The position numbers and the translations under genes are program-made. The notes under the pieces are model-generated. The model was not told where the DNA came from. It was given only the letters and a program-made list of their open reading frames with translations, and did no database searches. 64,000 nucleotides of DNA. It comes from Amphiscolops sp. MND2022. Taxonomy: Eukaryota. Numbering within the stretch: the first letter of the stretch is position 1; the number at the start of each line of letters is the position of its first letter. Location of the stretch: NCBI GenBank assembly GCA_964187785.1, contig OZ076411.1:58094001-58158000 (forward strand). The letters run 5' to 3'. This document shows, one piece after another, positions 36,321 through 49,426 of the stretch.

Positions 36321-37800
36321 TGCAACCTTCTCAAATTTTAACCCGACCTCTTCCACCATTGCCATATTCACCAGACACTCAACAATTCCTCAATAATATT
36401 AAATTTCAGTACTCTGATGTCACTGATGAAGAATACTTACAACTCTGCTCCATGCTTGTTAAATATCGAACCTGCTATGCGACACATAAAAACGATGTTG
36501 GTCAAATAGCTACTCCTTTTCGAATCCGTCTTAAACCCAATGCTAAACTTCAAACCCAAAGACCTACAAAAGTTCCTATCCATTATAGAGAAAAATTAAA
36601 AACACTCCTCGATGAATTAGAAAAACACAATATTATTCGCCAAATTTGTTCCACTCATTCTGACAAATCCATTTATGGCACCACATTTTTAAACCCCCTT
36701 ATTATTATACCCAAAGGAGATACTATTAAGGTCGTTTTAGACGCACGACATCTTAACTCAAATACCGATCAATCTTTCGAATCCTGGCCTATTGAACCTT
36801 TAGCTCCCCAACTTGCACGTGCTAACAAAAAATTCAAATCCGCCATTGATCTCTTGTATGCTTATGCTCACGCTCCCTTAGATGAAGAAACTATAACTTT
36901 AACTAGTTTCTCTTCTGGTGACAAACTTTACGCTTTCATTCGTGGATTTTATGGTCTTAAAGGCCTACCCAATTTTTTACCAAACAAATGTATTCATTTT
37001 TTCAAAAACTTATTGACCAAGGTTTTGCATTAGTTTATATAGATGACATTCTTCTTCTTGCAAATTCAAAATCTCACATGTTAAATTTAATTGAACAACT
37101 TCACCAAATTTGTCAAATAAATAATCTTAAAACTGCTCCTGAAAAATCTTACTATATCCTCCTCACCGTCAAATTTCTTGGACATGAAATCGGCAATAAT
37201 ACAATCAAACCCATCTCTTCTAAAGTTGATGCTATCCACCAATTAAAGACACCTACTTCTAAAACTGAATTAATGCGCTTTATTGGATCAAGGAACTTTT
37301 ACTCCAAATTCATCAACAAACTACATATTTCCTTGAAACCCTTTTACACTCTTCTCCACGATGATATTTTATTTGAATGGACTCCTGATCTAGATAAACT
37401 TTTTAATCAAATCAAACTTTCTCTTTCTAAAGATGCAGAACTCGCTATACCAAACACTACCCATCCATTTTATATAACTGTCGATGCCTCTTTAATAGGC
37501 CTAGGTGCAGTTTTATTTCAACCTAACTCCAAAAATAAAATGCAAATAATTTCTTATAATTCTCGTATTTTAACAACGCAAGAACAAAAACTTTCTACCT
37601 ATGATAGAGAACTTTGTGCTGTTACCGTTGCTCTTTCCTAATACGAATTTATTATAATTGGCTCCAAGTTTCCGATAACAATTTTTACAGATCACAATCC
37701 TATTCTTTTCCTTTTCACTCGTAAAGGTAACCTAACTCCTAGACAATATAAAGCTCAAATGCTATTAACCAAATTTTCAAACCTACAAATATTTCACACA
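36320..37800 (+). pseudogene. pol: Reverse transcriptase and RNase H
   Basis: VLDARHLN, IDLLYAY, FYGLKGLPNF, VYIDDILL, KFLGH, TVDASLIGLGAVL, STYDRELCAV, FTDHNP. Confidence 0.95.
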
Positions 37801-38599
37801 GCTGGTACAAACCTTACTGTTGCTGATATGCTAAGTAGAGATTTTTCAACTATTAGTACTAAAACATGCCAACTCCAACACAAAACTCTCCCTCCACATA
37901 TTGATTTCCTTCAACTCAAAAATAATATTTTAAAACCCATTCACTATCTAGTAAAACATGAAGATGTACTCCCTACACAAAAAACTGATTCACATTTAAT
38001 CTTAGCTGATTATGGTGATGATCAATTCACACTCCGTATCCAAGATAAAGGCAATATCGTTAAATATACTCCTCTTGATTCCTTTTCTTTTCAATCTGTT
38101 TCCTCATTCTTAAAGAAATACAAAAAACCTGTCAAAAATAAAGTTAAAATTTTACTCCAAGAAAATTCCCTTTTAATATGATACAGACGATCCCGTTCTT
38201 AAATTAATTCCTCAACAACATTCACAACCATCTCATGAACTTCACACCCTTTTTACTGAAATACAACATCATTATTTTAACGATATCAACTTGTCTCAAG
38301 ACATCCTAACCAACTTTACCAACTCCCCTCCTTTTGTTAATAATATTATTGACAGTAATGCTATAACCCCAACTTCTCCAAAGCCTATACATGCTCAATC
38401 TTTACCATTTTTTGACACTTCCTTCTTTGCTCACTGTAAAGCATTTGATTTCTTTCTCCCTTCCGACACTTTTTTGACAGTACCCATTTTACTTCAAGCT
38501 CAAAAGGATGATCCTGTCCTTTCTACAGTATATAAATGGCTAAAACCAAAACAAAGACCTTATTCCTTGACTCCAATTATTGAAGCAAACTCCTTTTTA

Positions 38600-38887
38600 T
38601 TGCACATAACGAAGTAAATGTGCATTGCAGTCCAGCTAACTAAGTTTTTTTTCCACAATAGTCAACTTCATAATGAGCGCCTTTTAGATAAAAGCCAAAA
38701 CTCCGGAGAGATTCGAATCTGCAGCCTCCCGATTGCACGGCATGAGTGTTGACCACTGTGCCATAGGGACGTTATTGAACAAAGTTGAACTGTTGAATAT
38801 ATACGCATGCGATTAAAATAATATATACGCATATTGTAATAATCGATGTCTTCGTCATGTGTTGCGAAGCACCGCTTCGCCTCTGTG
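38600..38887. mobile_element. 288 bp HINE/Helentron-like insertion carrying a tRNA-derived segment
   Basis: Excision without TSD restores ANSFL-YTYYRQF in frame; subterminal IR CACATAACGAAG / CTTCGTCATGTG; 3' hairpin GCGAAGC-acc-GCTTCGC (38864-38880); minus-strand TGGCACAGTGG and GATTCGAATC boxes. Confidence 0.75.
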
Positions 38888-38889
38888 TA

Positions 38890-40738
38890 TACTTATTATA
38901 GACAATTCCAACATTTATATATTGACCCGATCTCTCATCTTATCCAATATTATACACCTAACTGTCGAATTGTGGAAGAAATCTTTATTAAAACTCAACC
39001 CTCTACTAACCAAACACGTATGTTTACCATTTAAACTTTTTTTATGCTGCATTTAGTGAAACACATTCTCATGGTCATTCCGGTGAAAAACTCTCTATTA
39101 AGACATTTAACCAATTTTTTTTATCCCTCATTTACCTTTATGGTTCTCTATTTTCATCCATGACTGCATTGAATGTCAAACTAATAAACATTCAACCCCT
39201 ATTCCTATTCAACCCCAAAACATTTCTCCTCCTCTTCCTTTTCACGAGAGTGCTACTCACTTCAACTACCGGATCTCCATGGACACTAAAGGCCCTATTT
39301 CTCCATCTTCTCAAAACAACTCCTATATTTTTGTCATCATTGACGCATTCAGTCACTTTGTTGATACGAAGCTCCTCATATTACTTCTAAATATGCATTT
39401 CAAACTCTCCTCCATCACTGGATCACAAAGTTTGGTCCCCCTCAATACCTAGTTACAGACCGAGGTACCGAATATATCAATCAAGATATGGCTCACCTAT
39501 GTTCTCTCTTTCATATTAATCACTCACCTCGAACTCCTTACTCTCCCTGGACAAACGGTCTAGTAGAAGTTCAAAACCGAAATCTTGAAACTCATCTCCG
39601 AATATTTTTACAAAATCCTCCTACTAACTGGTCATTTCAAACTCAAATGTACGCATATGCCCATAATACAACACCTCTTTCTCAACTTATACTTCCCCTT
39701 ATCAGATTGTTTTCCATACCCATCCTCGTATACCTCTCACCTTTTCTCTTAACCTATCTCGTGATGCTTCAAAAAATTGTATCGCATCTTATTGTGAGTC
39801 TTTTCCCCCTCATTCGCATTATAGCACTCAAGACCTTATCCCTTCTTCCACTCACTCCTTGATAAACCTATCTCCCCATGGCTTTTAGCAGCTGAAACTA
39901 CAATGTTAGAAATATATTCAACTGTCCATCGCCATTTAAATCATAAACTCAATTCTCAAAGTTCTACATTTGAAACAACTCACTTAAAACAACTACCTCT
40001 TAATACTTTTGTCATTCATACGAATTTTAAACCTGTTAACTTTTCAAAAAAACTCAAACCTCTCCGAATTGGCCCATATAAAATACCTAACCATCTCTCT
40101 GAGGTAACATATGAACTCCTGTCTCAAGATGGTTCTACATTTCAAACCCATCGAAATCATATTCTACCATATTATCCCAAAGAACCTATAATTTTTCCAT
40201 ATATTAAACACTACCGTTCTACCCCTTCTCTTATTAATAATCCTGACACTGAACCTTACCAAGATACCTTTTCTCGATTTTCCTCCTTAGATTCACAACA
40301 AAATTCAAATCATTCTCAAACCCTTACATTCTCAAAACATAAACAATTCAACAATCTCTCCACTTCCATTCCTAAGTATCAAAATTTTTCACATTATTCT
40401 TCTTTACAAGATAAATTAGATATATTACCATATCTACTCCTGTATACCACAACCCTTCGCATTCTTCTTTTCAAGATAACCTTGATAATACAATTCACTC
40501 TCACGACTCTGACTTTGAAATGCTTCCAAATCCCATTTATTATTCAAACCCCTCAAATGATTCCTTTCCTCAGTTCTTCCCTCGTGTTGCTGATTCTCCT
40601 GATACTTCCTCCTCTCCTTTACTCAACTCTCAAAATGAATCTACTTATAAACGAGCTCCTCATTCCCCATGTAATCTACGTTCACTCCCTCTTCGACATT
40701 ATAATTCATCCAAACCAAACATCGACTTCCCCCCTTGA
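38890..40738 (+). pseudogene. pol: Integrase (HHCC, DDE core, GPY) with long S/P-rich tail
   Basis: HSHGHSG...CIECQ; ISMDTKGP; IIDAFS; LVTDRGTEY; PWTNGLVEVQNR; RIGPYKI. Confidence 0.92.
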
Positions 40739-41067
40739 TTAAATATTCATTCTTTAATTGGATTTTCTACCTTTCCGTATTGTCCTTAGTCTAGACTTCT
40801 ATTAAAGTCCGACACGACAATATAATTAGTAACTGCCTCTTATACACCTTTCTTCACTTTACCTTAGTGAAATCTAGCTGAACGGTTGCTCTCATCAAAA
40901 ATTGATTTCATCAAAACAAAATTAGTATTATTCTCAAATCTCTCTTCACTATTTTCCATCTACATTTCTGTCTCCTTCCAATATTAATCTTTGTTCATCT
41001 TTTCATACTTAATAGAAGATTTTAATATATTTTCCTTTTTGTTTCCATCCTGGATCTTACTGTATTT

Positions 41068-42437
41068 TTGTCCGATTCCTCTTCTCAACCTTCTGTTTCA
41101 AGTGATACTATACCTTCATCACAAAGTTTTTTACCAACTCCTCAACAACCTCCCCTGAACCCTATACCAATCACCCCCTCTTTAGATACCACCCCTGTTA
41201 ATACCCCAACTCACACTCCTCTTAAAACTTCTATTCCTCAACAAACTCAAACTTCTTTAACTCTCCCACTTTCCGATACTGAATCCCCTTTTAACATAAC
41301 CCCTACCCATTCTCCACCTCCTTCTTCTTTTCATATCCCTGATCCTAGTGATATCAACCCTATTCTCCTTAGAAATATTAATAATCCAACCCTTCCTAAA
41401 TCAAAACTTATACCTACCTGCATAAAATCTTTTCGCAGACGCTCTCAGTTAGATAATTCTCTTTCAATCCCTCCACCTTGTTCTAATATCTCCTCTCAAT
41501 CTTCACTTCCCCCACCCAAACCTCTCAAAATCCCCGCGCTTGAATCTCTTGACTCTCTTCAGAAGAAATCAGACTTAAGTGAAGTCGATTCCACTACTTG
41601 CTCTCTCCTTTATCCACGTCTTCCTCCTTCAAATTCCGCCTCTAAATATACAACCTCTTCTTTAGATAACCTTCTTGACACTACTTCTGAATCTACTCTT
41701 CGCCATCCGCTTCGTCATAGATACAACCTTCGCAATAATCGTCGTCCTTCTCCTTCTAAGCAAGTACTAACTCTTCTCTTCTACGCCACCACGCTCAATC
41801 TCTTTCTTCGGATTCCCTCTCTAACGCGGAAAACTCTCCAACTTCGGGAATTGACACTACTTTTTCTCAACGTTCTTCTATTTCTTCTTATAACCACACT
41901 GGTTACCTTTTCTCTCGCCCAACCTCTCAAAACTCCACTATTCTTTCATCTGATAGTCAATTGCTTAACATTGATCTTACTACTGATCAATACTCTACTC
42001 CCCCTACACCTAATCGTGTTGAGAACCCTTTAATCGTAAACAACACTCTTGTCAATAGCCCCCGCCAAGATCCTCGCTTTCTTTACCTTGCCACCCATAA
42101 ACTTAATTCGAATCCCCATATTTCTAATGCACGCCGTCGTAAAGAATTTCTTTGCCTTGAAGACACAAATTTAGAACTTAAATTTGAAATTACAGTAAAA
42201 TTTTATAACTTAAGTCCTCACCCCATTCCTTCACATACAACAGTTAATTTTAAATCTCTTCCTCATCCTTTTATTGCCACAATCCTTAGTCTCTTTGTCA
42301 GCGACCATCCTCCCTTTCGTCTTTTACACGGTTCCATCACATTTCTTAATACTCACCTTTTTGAAATATACTGCCCAATTTTAAAATGCCTTTCCTTTTT
42401 CACTCGCTCTTCTATTTCCTTTCTTCCTATTTCTTAG
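41068..42437 (+). pseudogene. Accessory ORF A between pol and env (P/S/T-rich N-terminus, possibly globular C-terminus), frameshifted
   Basis: Overlapping ORFs 41068-42033 and 41961-42437; no family recognised. Confidence 0.45.
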
Positions 42438-45147
42438 TCTTTTCTCAAATTGCTCCCTCCTCTGATCATGTAGATCCCAATGATCCTCATATTTCGGACC
42501 TTTTAGTCTCTCACTACGATTGTTCTAAACAGCATAATTTAAGACAGTTCAGTCTTACTCGAGTCCAACCATGCGCTCAAGCCCCATCTGCTTTTGAAAG
42601 TACCCGTGCTATTGTCAATGTTTTTGTTCGCGCTAAAGCTAAACGTCTTAGAGCTTGGACCTGTGAAGCTTATGTAAAACGTGAAAAATTTGTCTGTGCC
42701 CAATCGGATTACAAATATCGTCGTCATGATCGTACTGATTATCACCAAAATACTATGGAACGTCCTCGTACTCTCGATCCTACTGATTGCAAACATGCTA
42801 TTCGCCATTTGAATGGAACTAACAACCCTCCACTCGACGCTTTTAATTACTCTAATTCTTTTACATTCTTTGATGATATTCAAAAACAACGCCTTTTAGA
42901 AACAAAACAACCCCCTTTTCGTATTACTAAACTCAATACCTTTCACTATGGTGCTTTTGCTTGGATCACCAATTCACAATTAGTATTAAACTCAACTCTA
43001 AAAGAAAAAGCTGTTTGTTGGGATCGCTATGAATACATTATCGAAAAAGATTGCTGGTCTCTTATCGTAAAAGAAATTGGAATTACTTATGATGATAAAG
43101 ACAATAAACTAATTTACCATGGACATACTTTACCTTGTCTCCACGATGATGGTTTTTGTAAGCCAACTATATTAACACCATTCACCATTGTTTGGTTCCC
43201 TGAAGACCTTTGTTTAATCTTTTCCATTACTTCCTTTATTGGTAGAATGTCTAAACTCAATAACCGTTATTGGCTTGAAACTGAACACTTTTCAATAATC
43301 ACTCCTCTACTATTCAAACAGATACTCCTTATCACGATACCAAATCTCAAACCCGCCTCTCCCGTTCTGAAGTTTTTCCTGAAAATAAAATGTTTTGTAA
43401 TAAACCCACTCCTTTACATCTTACTCAATATCATGATCTTTTTATAACATACAAAGAAGGTTTTAATATGCATACTGGTAAACCTAATCCTCTTCAACTT
43501 CCACAAAATGAACAATACAATCAACTCACTACCCAATTAATATCTGGAAAATTAATTCATACCCACGACAAATTTCTTTTCCCTGCTCTAAACTCTTCAA
43601 ATAATTTTGCCACCATTGATTACGAAGCTCATATCAATACTAAAATGAACTATTCTATAAACCATGTATTTAAAAGCATGTCCGTTGCTGAACTTAATAC
43701 TCTTCATACTATATGTGAAGTGGAAAGAACCCAACTTTTAACAATCCTCTCCATGTCTGTTAAAAATCCACAACTCGCTGGTTTCCTTTTAACCCAAAAC
43801 CGTAGTAACTTATATGTTGAAGGCTCTACTGCCTGGTTATATGATTGTCCTCATCATCTTTCACCTCTATACATTGCTGACCAATGCTATGACAAAATTC
43901 CCGTCAATTATCTTGACACTGTTATGTATGTCGATCCTGTTACACGTCAAACGTTTGAATATGCCAGTCAAATTCCTTGTGAGAATAATCCTCAAAATGT
44001 TATTTCTCTTGACCCAGATACCGATCAATATTATGTTTTAACTCCTCAACCTATTAAAAAAAGATCCCCCTCTCCTTTTTGAACCAACCCAAATCCAAAC
44101 TGCTATCAGTCCTAATACCTTCACTGCTCAAGATGCTGGCATTTATTCTCAAAAAGAACTAAAACATTTTTGGAATCGAGTTTTATTTACTAGACATTCT
44201 GACAATACTCTTCAACTTCTTGGAAAAGCTATTAGCTATGAATTTATGAATCAACAATCTGCTAATTCTTTTCCGGATAATCCTTACCGATCACACAGAA
44301 TTGGTCTTCACGATTACATGTTAAACTTAACCCCATTTTTCTCTCCTGACTGGTTTACCGATGCTTTTATAAAACTTTATGGCTATCCATGCTATATTTT
44401 AACCCAATGTGGAATCTATTTTTCTACCGCTCTTTTCTTACAATTCGCTTTTAACACACTCTTTAGTATTTATCGTTCATTCATTGTTCGAAATTTACTT
44501 AAAAAACAAATTTCTGTAATAACTGCCTTAGGATTTGGTTTCTTTGGAACTATTACCCAAACCATGATGACCGCTATGATTAAATCATCTAATTCACAAT
44601 CAGAATCTGACGATTCAGATTCACCCCACTCCCCATTAGCGAAAACTCACACTATTCCTTCTAGTCCCAAACCTCGTCCTCCTAAGTATCATACTAATAT
44701 TAAAACAAAACTCCTTAATTTAAAAAATAAAAACCCAATGCAAAGATCTTCACCTAATTCTTCCCCAATCAAACCTCTCTCTTCTGTTCTTCATTCTACT
44801 CCCCCTAATCATGCACAATCCTCTAACACCGAAGATTATTCACCCCCACCTCCAAATTATAATTCTCACCTTCCCCCTCAAATAATCTTTCTCCTCGACC
44901 CCCTCAAATATCTTCGATATCTTCTCCCCTATATTTGCATAATTCTCCTCCTCCTGATGACACAAATTGTGATAATTCTTCCAATGATTCCCCCATACAT
45001 AACCTCTGGCAATCTACTAAAATATATCGCCCTACTCCGCCGCCAATTAAAACTAATGACATCCCTTTAACTTCTGTCAATAATATTTTTGACCCATCTG
45101 ACAGTCCTGTCAAAGTTTATTCCTCTTGCCGTTTTCCTCCTGAATAA
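42386..45147 (+). pseudogene. env: Envelope glycoprotein, class III fusion type (chuvirus G / herpesvirus gB-like), frameshifted
   Basis: Signal peptide; HYDCS...N...FSL..V..C; C..........C; LPC....GFC...IVW....C; ICEVERT.LL..LS; LYDC...CYDKIPV...YVDP.T...QIPC; GIYS.KEL; C-terminal TM segment and S/P-rich tail. Confidence 0.8.
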
Positions 45148-45491
45148 TCCATCAACTTTTAATTTCATCATTTTCTATCCTGAATATTGCTAATCTAACT
45201 TAATTTCCTACGAATTGATTTTGAATATTAATATTTTACCTCCTTTACATAATAATTACTGTTTTCCTAACTTACTTCCCATTTCATTTGTCATCATTCT
45301 CGCTTCTCCTTTGGTCACTTCTCCTTACTTTCTCAAAATCATTTGTCTTGAACTTTTCACGAAAATCTTACTTATCTATATAATCTTTTCTATTAACCAC
45401 ACAACGCGCACTTGTATCACCTTCATTTCTTAGTTGCTTATTTATACTAAACTTTTTCACACATTTTCTTCCTCTTCTTTCTAATTCCAAA

Positions 45492-46587
45492 ATGGTAACC
45501 ATAAATCCTGAGGAAGAACTTCTGTCAAGCATCGCTTCCTTGTCGCCCCCTCTTTCTCTCAAATCTGGTACTCTTGATATCGTAATTTTGACCACTATGT
45601 TGCCTATGCTTCCAAAAACTTACCACAACTCGCCTTCTGGCAAAATAATCAAATTCGTTTCTTTCAATTTCAATTCAATTTTCTTAAACCGACTCACAAT
45701 GATCTAAATACTAATCCTAATGATATAACCACAACTCCTTCTGTTAAAAAACTTCACCATCAGACTTATCAACTCTTTCTCGAACAAAAACACCCTCAGA
45801 ATTTCTTTTTTCAAAATCACAAATTTACTTCCCCATTTTCATACCACTCTCACTATTCCTTAAACCATCTCTTCACAATCGGAACAATTCGTAATTATGA
45901 CCCTGTTAAACAGTATTTTATTCTTTCGTCATACCATGACCCTACTCGTCCGTTGTTCGTTCCTCAAGAAGGTCTTAATGTTAATGATGATTTTCTTCTT
46001 CCGACCCACATCCCTAACGCCGTTCCCAATTTCTTTCCAAAAATGAACAAATTAGTGGAAACACCTCTTGATGATCATTCCCGCTCTCTATATACAGCTC
46101 TAATTCACAAACATTATTCTCTCGCTCAACTCAATTTTATTATTGCAAAACTCTCCTCATTCATTTTGAAAAAACAATATAAATACTTCTCTTTAAATGT
46201 CTCTGATGAAATTTTTCAGTCTCTTCCTAAACATACTCCTTCAATACTGTATCTGAACCTTCTCAGGCCCCTTCTGCAACAATCCCTCCTCAATCCACTT
46301 ATGTTCTACAAACTGCAAATCCTAACGTTTGTATTAACTCCTTCTCCTGTCCTACTGACAAATTTGTGTCAGAAATTCTTACTCTCCTCCGTCCTCATGT
46401 TGAAATTGCTCCTAATACCGATCCTTTTATTATTTTAAACCACATTTTTGACACGTTCCGTAATCTCCAATCTTTACTTCAACTTCATTCAACAGATATT
46501 CAAAATTTGACACTCTCTACAATCCATGTTAACGACTTTCTTAAACTTGTTTTACTTGAAACTCCTCCTCAATTTACTTCATCTTAA
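45492..46587 (+). pseudogene. Accessory ORF B downstream of env, fragmented
   Basis: Consecutive protein-like ORF pieces 45492-45707, 45953-46438 and 46366-46587. Confidence 0.45.
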
Positions 46588-47282
46588 AATTCTTCTCTCC
46601 TATTGGTAAATTTTCTTTAAATCCAATTTTTAATCAATATTTTTTTAAATCCAATTTTTAATCACTTTCACCTGACTTCAACTACTTCGGTAATTACTCC
46701 CGTTCACACCTTCAAACATAACTACCAACACTTCGAAAAATTTTTCCTCCTTTCTTCTAGAATCCTTTCCTATCTCACAGCCTTCTTGTCTTTCTACTTT
46801 CAAATCTCTTATCACTCATACCTGAAATCTTTTCAATTCTTTGACAACGACTCATTCCACTTCCTATATCTTATCTTTCATTGACTTCTTACACAATTAT
46901 GTTTTTCACTCCTAATTAACATATATCACTCCTTTTCCTTTTTCTCTTGACACTTCTTCCTATTAGTTTCTTTTGTTCTTAGACCTATTCACTTGACATT
47001 TTCACTTGTTCTTCTTTCATGAGTTTTGACAACCTACTCTTAATCTTTTATAACTATTATTTCTAAAGTATTTTCTCTTCTTTAATTTCTCTTTTTCACT
47101 TGCTCTTTCAAAGTCTCTAAAGTTCACTACTTCAACGAATATCCATTTTCCAGTTTTCAACTCATATTTTTTCTTCTCTGACATAAATAAATTTGATCAC
47201 AACATCCTCTGTATCTATATTAAATTCCTCCGAATTATTTAAAATTAATACAAAATAACTCAGCAATAATTTTGTTTCAGTA

Positions 47283-47900
47283 ATGTCATCTTATCCTCCT
47301 TCCACTTTGGCATATCCTCTTTTTAATCAACTCCTCGACTCCTTTCTGCCATTCCCCGTCTCTTCTACTTCTTCGACGTTCACTCTTTCATCCATTGATA
47401 CTTCTTCACCTTTGTCTGTGGCATCACTTGTTTCTTCAACTTCTGCTGTTCAATTGCCACCCATGTCTTCTCTCTTGACAACAACTGCTTCTACTACTCT
47501 TCCAGTGCTTTCTTCTTCTCTTCAAACTCCAGTTTCGATGACAGACCCCACTCCTTCTCTTCACCCCAAAGATGCAGTCGCCACTTCTCCCAATCTTCAA
47601 CAATATTCAGCCGTCCGTCAATTGACCAATGATCTTCAACTGAAGAAACCACGGCACCCCAGACGTCCACAGCTACCTCTAGATGGAATTGGTCCACCTG
47701 TCCGTCGACTGGTCCACACAGCTGTCTATAAACAGAAACTCGCACATTATATTGATGCATTAAAACTTTATGAAACACATCTTGATGAACTTATTCAGCA
47801 AACTACTCTTGAATTGGATAATATTAATAATAAACTCCCCCTTCAAAATTGCGAAAATTTAAATCGACTCAGTCGAAAACTAGACATTTATCCCCTTTAA
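47283..47900 (+). CDS. Accessory ORF C, intact 205 aa (S/T-rich N-terminus, basic middle, coiled-coil C-terminus)
   Basis: Intact ORF preceded by the splice-acceptor-like TTTTGTTTCAG (47270-47280). Confidence 0.55.
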   Translation: MSSYPPSTLAYPLFNQLLDSFLPFPVSSTSSTFTLSSIDTSSPLSVASLVSSTSAVQLPPMSSLLTTTASTTLPVLSSSLQTPVSMTDPTPSLHPKDAVATSPNLQQYSAVRQLTNDLQLKKPRHPRRPQLPLDGIGPPVRRLVHTAVYKQKLAHYIDALKLYETHLDELIQQTTLELDNINNKLPLQNCENLNRLSRKLDIYPL

Positions 47901-49426
47901 ATATTCAAATCCCCTTCCATAATTGTTCTAATTATCTTAATTACTTCCAATGCAATACCCCCCATTGTTCGCATGTACCAGTCAAATACACACTCCGTTC
48001 TCCTTTACCTCCCCTCTCTCTTTCCCCGCATTAATTCCCAATCGTATTGAACCCATAACACCATCCTCTCAATCACCCACCCCCTTAAACGATTTAGATA
48101 ACTTAGTAACGTCATTAAATGATGATTAAAATGTTTCATATGTTCGTTTTCCCTACATATTTTTGTACATTTTGTTCAAAACTATCTCTGTTCTTATGTT
48201 CTTAGTACAACAATCTCACCCCCTCCCTATTTTGCTTTTAACCCCCCCCACCTTCTACCTTTATGCTATACCCTTCCTTTCTCCCCCTTACTTTTCCCCC
48301 CTGACGTCATACAATTTCTTTGTAAAATTCCCTTTTAACTTCGGTTCTAACTGACAAAATTTTACAAATCCCATCTTAGCATGTTGCTCTCGCCCCAATT
48401 TCTCCTGAAATGTGGAGCTACTTTTTTTCTTTTCACCTTTCTTCCACTTTAATAGACATTTTTTCAAACAAAATTCCATTTTTTTAACCTTTCTCCCAAA
48501 AATTTTAACTTTGATTCTCTATAACTTCAGTTCTAACACCTTTTTTTTCTTCTTACTCTTACTAAATCACATATTAAAACTCACTCACCTCAGCATCTAA
48601 CTCTTCGTCACTTGCTGATTTCGCAAATAAATTTGCTTGCTCAAAATTTTCTTTGCCTTTTCTCAATTGAAAAATTAACCTGCCACATGATATAATTTTG
48701 AACACATGTTGACTCATATGGATTTGTTTTGGCTTCCAAATTTGTTTTGATCACGCCGCCTTCTTGCTTTGAAGTTCCGCCATTTAATCTTAGTTGTTCA
48801 AAAGACTAAAGAGATAAATGCTTAGTTACCCGACAACTAAGAATCTTGGTCTTTCACTCTGAACTTCTTTGTCAATCAGGCTGCCATTTCTTGCCAATCT
48901 TTTAATTTTTCCAAATTTCTGCCTGTCACTCAAATCTTTTACCGCCTCGGAAGAAACTTGAAGAAACTTAGAATAGATATTATATGAAAATTTCATAGAC
49001 CTCGAAAACACTAAACTACTAAAATCATCACCAATATGAATATGCAAATCACCCTCAAAAATTCAAAATTTTTTCTTGTAATTTCTAAATACATCCTCTG
49101 GCCTACCGATTAAACAAATGTACTTAACTACCTGCTGAAATAATCTCACTCAGGCTTAGACCCGATACTGCCGGTAACTTACGAAAGGAAAGAAATGAAG
49201 ACAACTTTCTATTAAGACAATTCCAATCAAAAAATTTTTTTTTCATTCATAAAACTTTATATCACAGACTGCCAAACCTTCTCTTATTATTCTTTCTCTT
49301 CATACGTATTAAACCAACCTCCGACAATTTGAATGAAACCTCCACTTCCAAAATTTACACCAATAAAATTTAAAATCAACACCAAATTTAATTTTAAAAA
49401 ATTTCTCTTTTCAAAACCCGGTCGGA

